From positions 124,001-188,000 of the forward strand of contig CDROCS010003797.1 of NCBI GenBank assembly GCA_977020255.1: 64,000 nt of DNA, read 5' to 3'. The stretch comes from Obrimoposthia wandeli. Its lineage: Eukaryota. The notes beneath the pieces are model-generated. The model ran no database searches. It was not told the DNA's origin and worked only from the letters and a program-made list of their open reading frames with translations. How positions within the stretch are numbered: position 1 is the stretch's first letter; each line of letters starts with the position of its first letter. Both the position numbers and the translations under genes were made by a program. This document shows, in pieces, positions 19,009-29,162 of the stretch.

Positions 19009-19108
19009 TTAAATGTTATTAGAAAGTAAGTCATATATTTTCAGTCCATTGAAGTAAAATTAAAATAACAAAACACAAGTGAAGCCTTCACACTATTATG
19101 CTGTTGTT

Positions 19109-19396
19109 TTATTTTTTAAGTTTCTGTGACTCTGCTACTTCTGCTTTGTTACCACAAATTCCTGCTTGTTTATCGTCTCGATAATAACGAATATCAATAC
19201 AATCTTGTTGGTATCTTCGCTCTAATTCCGTTCGTATTAAGGGCTTATTCTTAGTATTAATAATTTGTTTATGTAATGACTGACATTGCTGTAGTTGTTC
19301 CGACGCTAATGTTACATCTTCACAAGCATTATTATGTGAACTACATGCCGAAAAAAATACTATTCCGGAAACCATCATAACTAGCTGTTTTATCAT
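19109..19396 (-). CDS. Small hypothetical lipoprotein
   Basis: Signal with FFSAC lipobox; four further Cys residues. Confidence 0.7.
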   Translation of the reverse strand: MIKQLVMMVSGIVFFSACSSHNNACEDVTLASEQLQQCQSLHKQIINTKNKPLIRTELERRYQQDCIDIRYYRDDKQAGICGNKAEVAESQKLKK

Positions 19397-19685
19397 TTTA
19401 CTTCTCTTATTTTATTGTAAGAATAGTTGGTATTCTCACGCCTCATAAATTGATTTATCGCAGGACATATTACGCTAATAGTGCGTGCCAAACAAAGCGG
19501 GTCATTATAGAAGAATAAATATACGGTATCATGCACGCTAAGTTCATCAAATGATGACAGATAATGGCACTTTTATTAACCGCTTTACCCCAATACGATT
19601 GAATTCATCCACTTCCCTTTGCTTTGGGTATATAATACTTAAAAATAAAGATTAAGCATTAAGATTATTGTATTAGGAGAAAACT

Positions 19686-20525
19686 ATGCAAGTACAAGTT
19701 GTTGATTACCGAGCGAGCGATGCTGCACAAAAATTTGTTGAGAGTTTACGTAATACGGGCTTTGGCGTATTAACTAATCACCCGATTAAGCAGAGTTTGG
19801 TAGAAAAAATTTATCAAGATTGGTACACCTTTTTTACTCAAGATGAGAAAAAATCCTTTGCCTTTGATCCTGAAAAGCAGGACGGTTATTTTGCCCCTGA
19901 AATATCAGAAACAGCAAAAGGTCATAGCAAAAAAGATATTAAAGAATATTACCATGTTTACCCTTGGGGTCGCATCCCAACACAGTTGAAAGAAGATATT
20001 CTTAATTACTATAAAATGGCTTCCGATCTTGCCAGTGAGTTACTTGACTGGGTTGAAAAATATAGCCCTGCTGATGTTGCTAAACATTATTCTGAACCGC
20101 TTTCAAACATGATTATGGATACACCAAATACCTTGTTGCGTATCTTACATTACCCTCCATTTGACGGTACAGAAGAGCCTGGCGCTATTCGCGCTGCTGC
20201 CCATGAAGATATAAATTTACTGACGATTTTGCCTGCGGCCAACGAACCTGGCTTGCAAGTGCAGTCTCAAGAAGGCGATTGGTTAGATGTGCCAAGTGAC
20301 TTTGGTCACTTAATCGTTAACATTGGTGACATGTTACAAGAAGCCTCACAAGGCTATTTTCCATCAACAAGCCACAGGGTCATTAATCCAACGGGGGCAA
20401 ATTCAGGAAAATCGCGTATTTCTTTACCACTGTTTTTGCACCCTCGTAGCGAAGTGGTGCTTTCTAAAAACCACACACAAGCGAGCTACTTGTTAGAAAG
20501 ACTAAGAGAGCTAGGCGTTAAATAA
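19686..20525 (+). CDS. 2-oxoglutarate/Fe(II) oxygenase (IPNS-like)
   Basis: LRILHYPP, AHEDINLLT (HxD), STSHRV (distal His), SRIS (RxS); strong RBS AGGAG. Confidence 0.92.
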   Translation: MQVQVVDYRASDAAQKFVESLRNTGFGVLTNHPIKQSLVEKIYQDWYTFFTQDEKKSFAFDPEKQDGYFAPEISETAKGHSKKDIKEYYHVYPWGRIPTQLKEDILNYYKMASDLASELLDWVEKYSPADVAKHYSEPLSNMIMDTPNTLLRILHYPPFDGTEEPGAIRAAAHEDINLLTILPAANEPGLQVQSQEGDWLDVPSDFGHLIVNIGDMLQEASQGYFPSTSHRVINPTGANSGKSRISLPLFLHPRSEVVLSKNHTQASYLLERLRELGVK

Positions 20526-20579
20526 TGCTACTGCTCTTTTAACTTCTCATGATCAACCCTTTTCGTTCCACCACGATTT

Positions 20580-20595
20580 AAGTGGCTTGGGTATA
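20580..20595 (-). repeat. Isolated terminal remnant of the TATACCC repeat
   Basis: AAGTGGCTTGGGTATA; reverse complement TATACCCAAGCCACTT closely matches the TIRs at 25477 and 25982. Confidence 0.6.
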
Positions 20596-20657
20596 ATATA
20601 GAAGCGAGTACAAGAGCGCGCGGGAAAGTTGCTAAAGGATATCGAAAGAAGTGTCAT

Positions 20658-20687
20658 AAAAAAGCCATCACATTGTGATGGCTTTTT
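20658..20687. terminator. Bidirectional intrinsic terminator between the oxygenase and RND genes
   Basis: AAAAAAGCCATCAC-att-GTGATGGCTTTTT. Confidence 0.88.
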
Positions 20688-20716
20688 CATTTTAGCATAT
20701 TAAATACTGTTACTGA

Positions 20717-23700
20717 CTATAAAACACCGGTCTTAAGGCTATCTAAAGCGGCAGCCTCAGTTGGTGGTACTTTTTTCTTACGTGTAAATAACGCTTTTAA
20801 ATCTTCGATAATAAGATAAAGACACGGTATTAGCACTAAGGTGACTATTGTGGCAAAAAGCACACCAAAAGCTAATGAAACCGCCATTGGAATAACAATC
20901 TGTGCTTGTGCACTGACCTCAAAAAAGATGATCGGCACTAAACCTATGAAGGTAGTTATTGACGTTAACAGTATCGCTCTAAAACGTTTAGTACCGGCAT
21001 GCATTACGGCATCTTTTAATCGCTCGCCACGTTTTCTAGCATTGTTAACATAATCAACCATGACCAAGGAGTCATTCACCACCACCCCGGCAGCAGCCAA
21101 TATTCCCATCACAGATAAAGCACTTAAGTCCATACCTAAAATAAAGTGGCCTAGTACCGCACCGATAACACCAAAAGGAATCACCACCATGATCATGGTG
21201 GCTTGCGAATACGATTTCAGTGGTATGGCCAATAATGAAAAGATAATTAATGACGAAATAACGAAATCTCTCATCTGACTACTCGCACCTTCCATTTCTT
21301 CTTGGATACTACCTGATACCTCACTTTGCACTTGTGGGTATTTGCGCAATAGCTCAGGAATAAAGTTATCGCGAATATCAGTGGCCACTTTAAAGGGCTC
21401 TACCTGTTCAGCATCGACACTTGCCCAAACGTTTATCGTACGGTTACCATTTTCACGGCGAATACGCGTTACACCTTCTTTTAAGGTGATAACAGCAAGT
21501 TCAGATAAAGGCAATTCAGCACCATTAGGGGCTTGAATCATCACGTCATCAACATGACCCACAGAGCTTCGTTGATCAAGCGGATAACGCACCATCACTT
21601 TCACTTCTTCACTGTCACGTAAAATACGCTGTGCTTCTAAGCCGTAAAAGCTATAACTTACTTGTGAAGCAATATCAGCCAGCGTTAAGTTCAAACTATA
21701 AGCTAATGGCTTCAATTCAAATTGCACTTCTTTGGCACTCGTTTGGCGACTGTCATTAACATCTCCAATGCCTTTTAGTGAATTAAGTTTTGCTTTTAGC
21801 TCTTTTGCAGCAGCCATTAGCTCTGCGTCATCTTTACTTTCTAATCTAAAGGCTATATCGCCATCATCGCGACCACCGCCAAATAAATTATCGCCGATAG
21901 TGAAAGATTTAACCCCTGGATAGTTTGGAATAGCGGCACGCCATAAGTCAGCTAATTCGAACGTATTCATTGGGCGTAATTCAGGTACGACAAGTTTTAC
22001 CATCAACTGTCCACTAGTACGGCTACGTAAATCGACCTGCATATCAGAAATCATCGACGTGCCATATTCAGCTTCAATCTCTTTATCAATACGATTAATG
22101 ACACCTTGAATGTTTAATAAGGTATCTAACGTCGCTTTTTCAGATGCATCGACATTCATTTCAACGGTTACTCGTGGAAAGTCATGAGGTATTTTAGGCT
22201 GACCAACAAAACGCACAAAGCCACCGCTAAACAAGCCAGCACTGATCAGCATTAAGCTAATAAAGAACATGAATACGGCATAACGATATTCAATAAAAAC
22301 CGCTAAAGAGGGAGCATAAATATTATCGATAATGTTTTTTAGCTTAGTATCCACCCATAAACGCAATCTATCGATAGGGTTTCTAGGGTTGAAAGCCTTT
22401 ATTTTCATCTTAACTAAATGAGCAGGTAAAATAAGTTTAGATTCAATTAAAGAAAATATTAAACATAAGATAACCACAGAGCCAATGGCCTTACCGAATG
22501 CCGATGAAGGACCTTCGCCGAATAGAAAAGGCAAAAATACGGCAATCGTTGTTAGTACACCGAACGTTGCTGGCATCGCTACGCGCTTAACACCACGAAT
22601 AACATTGTCAGTGCTATGACCGTGCTCTTCTATTTCTTCGTGTGCACTTTCACCCATGACAATGGCGTCATCAACCACGATACCCAATACTAAAATAAAG
22701 GCAAATAAGCTGATAACATTAATGGTTACCCCAACAAATTCTAGTGGCATCACTAATAAGGTACCTAAGAAACAAACCGGTAGCCCCATCATCACCCAAA
22801 AAGCTAAACGAACACGTAAAAATAGCGCTAGCATCAAGAATACTAATACCGCACCACTTTTCATATTATCTATCATCATGTCTAAACGACCGTCAAGATA
22901 GTAAGTCATGTCGACCCAAGTCTCTAACTTAACACCTGGAGGTAAAACAGCCGCTTTATCTTCAACATATTGCTTTACGACACTAGCGATAGCAGTAATA
23001 CTTTGGTTATCTGCAGCGCCAACAAATAACGTCACTGAGTTTTGACCGTTAAATTTAGAGTATTGCAGACCTTCTTCAAAACCATCAACAATAGTCGCTA
23101 TTTCACCAAGTAAAATACGAGTGCCGTCAGCCAAAGTCACGATGGGTAACTGCTCAAATTCATGGCCACGATAAGCTTGGTTTTCTACTCGTAGGTTGAT
23201 ATAGCCATTTTCAGCACGTATTTGCCCTGCTGACATATTACGAGAATAACTGCGCACAGCATTCGCAATATCGGTGAAGCTTAAGCCATATTCTCTGAGT
23301 TTATCTTTACTCACTTCAATCGAAATTTCATAATCTAAACCACTATACAAGTCAGATATATTGATCATCGGCAGTTGTTGAATTTCACTATGAATTTTAC
23401 GACCCAACTCTTTGAGTTCGCCGTTGGTTAAGTCGCCATATAAACTCAAGTACATCACTTCTTGTCGATACTTTTCACGTTCGACTTTTATACGCTCCAT
23501 ACCATCAGGAAAGCTAGAAATTGAATCTATCGCAGACTTTACTTCTTCAAGCACGACTTGCGGATCGTAATCTAACTCGACCTCAAACCAGCCATTGGAA
23601 TAGTTACGGTTAGAGTAAGTGATAACGCGTTTAAGGCCTTGAACTGTTTCCAACGCCTCTTCTATTTTAATGGTGATGCCTTCTTCAACTTCTTGCGGTG

Positions 23701-23923
23701 CAGCCCCTGGATATGGCGCAGCATAAGAAATCCAATTGATCTTCATTTGCGGAAACATTTGTTTGTTGATCGTTTGAATAGTAAACAAACCACCGACTAA
23801 AATAAAAATCATTAATAAATTGGCTGCAACACTATTACGTGCAAACCAAGCTATTAACCCAGTATGAGTATTGATACTATGGTCAATCTCTGGTTTTTTC
23901 TTTGGGGTAGCTGTTGTCATCAT
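20717..23923 (-). CDS. RND efflux permease (AcrB/AcrD/AcrF family)
   Basis: 1068 aa; YPGAAPQEVE, GIVVDDAIVMGE, VVVNDSLV, RFRAILLTSITT, VIPMAVSLAFG. Confidence 0.93.
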   Translation of the reverse strand: MMTTATPKKKPEIDHSINTHTGLIAWFARNSVAANLLMIFILVGGLFTIQTINKQMFPQMKINWISYAAPYPGAAPQEVEEGITIKIEEALETVQGLKRVITYSNRNYSNGWFEVELDYDPQVVLEEVKSAIDSISSFPDGMERIKVEREKYRQEVMYLSLYGDLTNGELKELGRKIHSEIQQLPMINISDLYSGLDYEISIEVSKDKLREYGLSFTDIANAVRSYSRNMSAGQIRAENGYINLRVENQAYRGHEFEQLPIVTLADGTRILLGEIATIVDGFEEGLQYSKFNGQNSVTLFVGAADNQSITAIASVVKQYVEDKAAVLPPGVKLETWVDMTYYLDGRLDMMIDNMKSGAVLVFLMLALFLRVRLAFWVMMGLPVCFLGTLLVMPLEFVGVTINVISLFAFILVLGIVVDDAIVMGESAHEEIEEHGHSTDNVIRGVKRVAMPATFGVLTTIAVFLPFLFGEGPSSAFGKAIGSVVILCLIFSLIESKLILPAHLVKMKIKAFNPRNPIDRLRLWVDTKLKNIIDNIYAPSLAVFIEYRYAVFMFFISLMLISAGLFSGGFVRFVGQPKIPHDFPRVTVEMNVDASEKATLDTLLNIQGVINRIDKEIEAEYGTSMISDMQVDLRSRTSGQLMVKLVVPELRPMNTFELADLWRAAIPNYPGVKSFTIGDNLFGGGRDDGDIAFRLESKDDAELMAAAKELKAKLNSLKGIGDVNDSRQTSAKEVQFELKPLAYSLNLTLADIASQVSYSFYGLEAQRILRDSEEVKVMVRYPLDQRSSVGHVDDVMIQAPNGAELPLSELAVITLKEGVTRIRRENGNRTINVWASVDAEQVEPFKVATDIRDNFIPELLRKYPQVQSEVSGSIQEEMEGASSQMRDFVISSLIIFSLLAIPLKSYSQATMIMVVIPFGVIGAVLGHFILGMDLSALSVMGILAAAGVVVNDSLVMVDYVNNARKRGERLKDAVMHAGTKRFRAILLTSITTFIGLVPIIFFEVSAQAQIVIPMAVSLAFGVLFATIVTLVLIPCLYLIIEDLKALFTRKKKVPPTEAAALDSLKTGVL

Positions 23924-25140
23924 TATTCCCCAGAGTCACTATCATTTAGCGCCACTTGTGTGCTGCTCTGTGTATCATCAGCTTGCTGTTCAATATCTTG
24001 TTCAGGCTCATCAGTAATTAATGCTAATTTCATCCCGTCGATAGGGTAATCAAGCGCTGAAACGATCAACTGATCGCCATGAGATAATCCTTTTGAAACA
24101 ATAACATTTTGGCCATCCTGACGAATAATATTAATATCAGCGTAATGTAGTTTCGATTCATTATCTAAGATAGCAACACGATTGTTCTCAACCAAATAAC
24201 GAGGAACACGGGTTGCGTGATCAATATGCAAGCCTAAAATTTTAGCATTAACATAAGAGCCAAAACGTATCGGTGTTGTTGGGTTATTATCAGACAAAGC
24301 ATAAGGGTCGTGAATTTCAGCAACTAAATAGCTCATGCGGCTTTTGCTATCAATAACGCCTTCGTTGCGAACAATTTTTGCAGACCATTGTGTTTCTGTA
24401 CCCGCAAAAGTACCCAGTAAATTTACCGTGGCACTGTCGCCTTGATCAATGAGAAACTCCAATTGATTATCAGCTACAGGCAAGCGTACTTCAGCTATCG
24501 CGGTACCGAGTAATTTTCCGATCATACTACCCGTGCCAACAAACGATCCTAAACCAACATTGCGGCTATCAATCATTGCATCGTATGGTGCTCTAATTTC
24601 TGTGCGCTCTAAATTACGTTTTGCACGTAATATTGATGCTTGTGCTGATTTTACACGTGCGATTTCTTGCGCTAATTGCGGTTTACGTAAACTCAACTCC
24701 GTCGGCGAAGTATCGGTAATACGCTTCCATTCTTGCTCAGCAACTTGCCCTTGCGCACGCTCTGTTTCCAAAGATGCTCGGGCTGATGCCATAGTCGCTT
24801 CTGCATCGATTAGTGCAGCAGCGTAATCATTAGGATCTATACGTGCTAATAATTGCCCTTCTTTAACAAAACCGCCACGAACGAATGCATCTGATAACTC
24901 GACGATTTGTCCACTAACTTGTGCTACCAATTCTGTTTCATATTTTGGTTTAACCACGCCATATGAGCCGACAACTAAAGTCATTGGCGCGACAGAAATA
25001 GGCTCAACAGCAACGATAGGAGTATTATCAACCTCTGCTTTCTCCTCAGGTGGTTTTTTCATTCCTGAGAAAAGCATAAAGATCAAAATACCGGCGATTA
25101 AAATAGCAACAGGTATGAATATTTGTTTTTTCCGTGTCAC
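23923..25140 (-). CDS. RND periplasmic adaptor (membrane fusion protein)
   Basis: N-terminal anchor, lipoyl half-motifs AQVSGQI...GGFVKEGQLL and IRAPYDAMI, coiled coil; 1-bp overlap with the permease. Confidence 0.92.
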   Translation of the reverse strand: MTRKKQIFIPVAILIAGILIFMLFSGMKKPPEEKAEVDNTPIVAVEPISVAPMTLVVGSYGVVKPKYETELVAQVSGQIVELSDAFVRGGFVKEGQLLARIDPNDYAAALIDAEATMASARASLETERAQGQVAEQEWKRITDTSPTELSLRKPQLAQEIARVKSAQASILRAKRNLERTEIRAPYDAMIDSRNVGLGSFVGTGSMIGKLLGTAIAEVRLPVADNQLEFLIDQGDSATVNLLGTFAGTETQWSAKIVRNEGVIDSKSRMSYLVAEIHDPYALSDNNPTTPIRFGSYVNAKILGLHIDHATRVPRYLVENNRVAILDNESKLHYADINIIRQDGQNVIVSKGLSHGDQLIVSALDYPIDGMKLALITDEPEQDIEQQADDTQSSTQVALNDSDSGE

Positions 25141-25476
25141 GATGACGTCCCCATTAAGACTAAAATTATTATAAGCATTAGCTTAGTTACCCATAGGATA
25201 CATAAATCCTTGGCTACAAAAACTAACAAAGTTGTAAATGCTTGTTACAAAATCTACGCCGTTTTCAAAAAAAACCAAAAAAATAAACTTAAAGCTTTAA
25301 ATAACAACATTTTAAATAAAAACAATTTAAAAGATCACAGCAAATAAATTAACTTTTAATTTACAACGGTTGGTTTTTTTAACTAAATAATTAAACTTTT
25401 AAAAAATGCTTAGTCGATATAGCCAATAACATAAAGAAGCAAAAGTATAGCTAAGAGACATATTTTTCAGCAGTTA

Positions 25477-25982
25477 GATACCCAAACCACTTGAAGATGC
25501 AGGATTGTGTAAGTCGAGAAAGGGTTAGCACCAAGGCATTGATTGAAGACGAAACCATGGATGATGAAGGTAGGGCGAAGCAGGATGCCAGAGCCAAGAA
25601 TGGTTGTTCCATTGTCGAAATCAATAACGCCACAGATGACCCTTTATCACCTTACCCGAGGGGAGCTAAACGAGAAAACCAGCTCCGCGCTGCATACACG
25701 GATGTATGTACCTAGCTTTTGTCTGGAACAAAAAAGCGGTGCATACACGGATGAGACATATGCATTTGATGTCCTAGCTTGATTGTCTGGAACAAAAAGC
25801 GGTGCATACACGGATGCATCCATCCATTATTAATTTCTATACTGTACTGATAGGTTCACTGGATGTAGGACATTAGGGTAATGCAAGAGCAATTACCGAG
25901 AATAAACATTATCTTCATGTTGCGCCTTGACCTGATTTCCTAGCTTAGCGCTGAAACGGCATCTTCAAGTGCTTTGGGTATA
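25477..25982. mobile_element. Non-autonomous MITE/ERIC-like element (506 bp) with 24-bp terminal inverted repeats and internal REP-like units
   Basis: Left GATACCCAAACCACTTGAAGATGC (25477-25500) and right GCATCTTCAAGTGCTTTGGGTATA (25959-25982) are 22/24 complementary; two internal inverted-repeat arms; no transposase. Confidence 0.78.
25691..25816 (+). repeat. Tandem repeat inside the element
   Basis: TGCATACACGGATG at 25691, 25740 and 25803; CCTAGCTT..TGTCTGGAACAAAAA(A)GCGG occurs twice between them. Confidence 0.9.
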
Positions 25983-26052
25983 AAACAGCCCAATATTGAA
26001 GGTCCAGTTAATATCAGCTAAAGCATCCCATCCATTATTAATTTCTATACTG
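25821..26052 (+). repeat. 24-bp perfect direct repeat pair
   Basis: CATCCATTATTAATTTCTATACTG at 25821-25844 and 26029-26052. Confidence 0.92.
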
Positions 26053-26112
26053 CGCGAGTGCCCTCATGGTTCTTGGTTACAATTTGTTATGAAATAAAGT
26101 CTTTAAGCGCTT

Positions 26113-26625
26113 GTGCCTCAAAGTAAATACATTAAGATTAGTGATACACAAAGAGGATATTTTATGTTGTCAAAAATCAGTAAGTTTTTTCAAACATTAG
26201 GCGCAGATGCTGGCCAGCAAAGTAATGAAGTAAGTTTAGAGATCGCCTGCAGTGTTTTATTATGTGAAGTTATGCTCGCCGACGGACAACTTGATAGCAC
26301 AGAGCAACAAAAGTTAAATGATATTATTGCTCAGCAATTTCAACTCTCAAATGATGAAGTTCAAGATGTAGTAAAACGCTCACTCGTCTTATGTGAAAAT
26401 GCGACAGATTTCTATCAATTCACTTCAAAAATCAATGAAAATTATAGTGTTGAACAACGTATAAAAATGCTCGATATGCTATGGGATATGGCTTACGCTG
26501 ATGGTGAACTTGCCAGTATTGAAGAGCACATTATTCGTAAAATCGCTGACTTATTAAACTTAAGACATAGTGAATATATTCAAACTAAATTAAATAACCA
26601 AACAAAAGACATTAGCAATACCTAG
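26113..26625 (+). CDS. TerB-like (tellurite-resistance B fold) protein; start probably ATG at 26164
   Basis: VMLADGQLDSTE and MAYADGELASIEEHIIRKIADLL paired ADG motifs. Confidence 0.85.
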   Translation: MPQSKYIKISDTQRGYFMLSKISKFFQTLGADAGQQSNEVSLEIACSVLLCEVMLADGQLDSTEQQKLNDIIAQQFQLSNDEVQDVVKRSLVLCENATDFYQFTSKINENYSVEQRIKMLDMLWDMAYADGELASIEEHIIRKIADLLNLRHSEYIQTKLNNQTKDISNT

Positions 26626-26737
26626 CAACTATAAATGACGACAATGAATAAAAATCCTTTCCTCTATTGAAAGTTATAGTTAACTTGGCGCTAAATCGGT
26701 TATTATAGCCCCAAGTTAACTGACCTCAAGAATCCAC

Positions 26738-27568
26738 ATGGCAAGCATCGGCAAATACAATACCCTTCCCGTAGTAGCAATTACTGATAATGGCGCTTAT
26801 TTAAATGCAAATGAGTTAGGTGAAATATTATTACCTAATCGTTTTGTTCCTGAAAATTGCCAAGTAGGCAATGAAGTTAAGGTATTTATTTATGCCGATA
26901 CCGCAGATCGCATTGTCGCTACAACCGAAAAACCGTTAGCGGAAGTTGATCAGTTCGTTTCATTAAAAGTAAGCCAAGTGAATAAAATGGGCGCTTTTTT
27001 GGATTGGGGTTTACCGAAAGATTTACTCGTGCCTTATAATCAGCAGCACAGTCCAATGGAAGTAGGGAAATATTATTTAGTCAGAATATTTCTTGATTTA
27101 AAAACGGATCGTTTAGTGGCTTCTAGTAAACTTGATAAGTTTATTGATATTTGGCCCGCTGAATATCAAAAATGGGATAAAGTGAAATTAACCATTGCCT
27201 CTAAAACTGACTTAGGCTTTAAAGCGATTATTAATGACCTGCATTGGGGCTTACTTTACGATAATGAAATATTTAAGCCTTTACGTACCGGCAAAAAAAT
27301 AACCGCTTATATCAAACAAGTACGAGAAGATGGCCGTATTGATTTATCATTAACCCGACCAGGTGAAGGTAAAGTAAAAGACTTTAGTGAGAAACTATTA
27401 GCCCATATTGCTGAACATGACGGTTTTAGTCCTTTGCATGATAAGAGCGATCCTGAACTGATCAAACGTATTTTGGGCGTCAGTAAAAAGACCTTTAAGG
27501 CAACTGTCGGTAATTTAATGAAAAATGGCAAAATCACCATAGAGTCTAATGGTATTCGTTTAAAGTAG
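26738..27568 (+). CDS. cvfB: CvfB/YitL-family S1-repeat RNA-binding protein
   Basis: GAYL, GAFLDWGLPKDLLVPY, GRIDLSL and C-terminal GVSKKTFKATVGNL winged helix. Confidence 0.85.
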   Translation: MASIGKYNTLPVVAITDNGAYLNANELGEILLPNRFVPENCQVGNEVKVFIYADTADRIVATTEKPLAEVDQFVSLKVSQVNKMGAFLDWGLPKDLLVPYNQQHSPMEVGKYYLVRIFLDLKTDRLVASSKLDKFIDIWPAEYQKWDKVKLTIASKTDLGFKAIINDLHWGLLYDNEIFKPLRTGKKITAYIKQVREDGRIDLSLTRPGEGKVKDFSEKLLAHIAEHDGFSPLHDKSDPELIKRILGVSKKTFKATVGNLMKNGKITIESNGIRLK

Positions 27569-27646
27569 CCAAGGCGATAAATTGATAACATCGCGCTTTG
27601 ATTTTATAGGTGATGATATTAGTCATTTATAACTTGGATTTAAGCA

Positions 27647-27676
27647 ATAAAAAAAGCCCATATGGGCTTTTTTTAT
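27647..27676. terminator. Bidirectional intrinsic terminator (cvfB / tldD)
   Basis: ATAAAAAAAGCCCA-TA-TGGGCTTTTTTTAT. Confidence 0.88.
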
Positions 27677-27713
27677 GACTGAAATAAGAGCGGCAGTAGC
27701 GCTCTCACTCTCA

Positions 27714-29162
27714 CTACTGTGTGCCACCAACCGTCATTTCATCAATTTTTAAGGTTGGCTGCCCAACACCTACGGGTAAACTCTGACCGTCTTTACCACA
27801 AACACCAACACCAGCATCAAGTTTTAAGTCGTTACCGACCATACTCACTTTCTGCATAGCTTCTGGGCCACTACCAATCAAAGTAGCACCTTTAATTGGA
27901 GACGTTATTTCGCCGTTTTCAATTAAGTAAGCTTCTGAACTGGTAAAAACGAATTTACCTGAAGTGATATCAACTTGGCCACCAGCAAAATTAGGCGCAT
28001 AGATGCCTTTTTTCACTGACTTAATAATATCTTCTGGCTTGTGTTCTCCGGCCAGCATATAAGTATTAGTCATGCGCGGCATAGGTAAATGCGCATAAGA
28101 TTCGCGTCTGCCGTTACCTGTTGGTTTTACGCCCATCAGCCCAGCATTGTGCTTATCTTGCATATAGCCTTTAAGAATACCTTTTTCAATAAGCACATTA
28201 TATTGCCCTGGGGTTCCTTCATCATCGATACTGACTGAACCACGACGATTTGCCATGGTGCCATCATCAACAATCGTACAAAGCTCAGAGGCAACTTGTT
28301 GCCCTACTTTGCCAGAAAACGCTGAAGAGCCTTTACGGTTAAAGTCACCTTCTAAACCATGACCAACGGCTTCATGTAATAATACGCCAGGCCAACCAGC
28401 GCCAAGCACAACAGGTAACAAGCCAGCAGGTGAGTCTATAGCAACTAAGTTCACCAATGCTTGGCGCACTGCTTCTTCGGCATAGGCTAAATAGCGTGGT
28501 TTATTGTTTTCTAGTTCAAAAAAATAACTATAGTCGGTACGAGCACCGCCACCTGAACTTGCACGTTCACGTTTACCATTTTCTTCAACCAATACCGAAC
28601 AGTTAAGACGCACAAGTGGTCGAATATCTGTGGCATAAGTACCATCGCTGGCTGCTACTAATATTTTCTCATACACACCTGATAAGCTAACAATAACTTG
28701 CTTAACACGCTTATCAACACTACGGGCATGTGCTTCAACTTCATGCATCAAAGTGATTTTTTGTTCTTGAGGTAAGCTAGCCAGTGGATCCATCGCTTGG
28801 TATAGCGCAGTATTTTGTTGCATTTTTTTGCCATCAAATACTTGCACACGCGCTGACTTCTCAGCTTGAGCAATACCTTTCGCCGCATTAGCCGCCTTTT
28901 GCAGCGCTAATGGCGTAATATCATCAGAGTAAGCAAAGCCTGTTTTTTCACCCGATATAGCACGCACACCAACACCACGTTCGATGTTGTAAGAGCCTTC
29001 TTTAACGATACCGTCTTCTAACATCCATGATTCATGGCTGCTGGATTGAAAATATAAATCAGCTAAATCTATTTTATGTTGGTAAATACTATCCAACGTA
29101 TCCATTAGTATACTTTTATCAATTTCACTATTGGCTAAAAGCTCTATCTCAACATTATTCAT
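27714..29162 (-). CDS. tldD: TldD metalloprotease subunit
   Basis: [20 protein letters not shown] (HExxGH), [26 protein letters not shown]. Confidence 0.97.
   Translation of the reverse strand: MNNVEIELLANSEIDKSILMDTLDSIYQHKIDLADLYFQSSSHESWMLEDGIVKEGSYNIERGVGVRAISGEKTGFAYSDDITPLALQKAANAAKGIAQAEKSARVQVFDGKKMQQNTALYQAMDPLASLPQEQKITLMHEVEAHARSVDKRVKQVIVSLSGVYEKILVAASDGTYATDIRPLVRLNCSVLVEENGKRERASSGGGARTDYSYFFELENNKPRYLAYAEEAVRQALVNLVAIDSPAGLLPVVLGAGWPGVLLHEAVGHGLEGDFNRKGSSAFSGKVGQQVASELCTIVDDGTMANRRGSVSIDDEGTPGQYNVLIEKGILKGYMQDKHNAGLMGVKPTGNGRRESYAHLPMPRMTNTYMLAGEHKPEDIIKSVKKGIYAPNFAGGQVDITSGKFVFTSSEAYLIENGEITSPIKGATLIGSGPEAMQKVSMVGNDLKLDAGVGVCGKDGQSLPVGVGQPTLKIDEMTVGGTQ

Noticed and set aside
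25451-25782. ORFs of 60-79 aa in the ORF track over the repeat element
   Set aside because: They overlap in three frames inside a palindromic repeat, have no recognisable motif or clear RBS, and are typical repeat-derived spurious ORFs.
25691-25816. CRISPR-like repeat-spacer look of the TGCATACACGGATG repeats
   Set aside because: Only 2-3 units, the intervening sequences are themselves repeated and unequal (49 and 63 bp period), there are no cas genes, and the array sits inside a TIR-bounded repeat.
26113-26625. Ter stress/anti-phage operon
   Set aside because: A single TerB-fold gene with no terA/C/D/Z neighbours.
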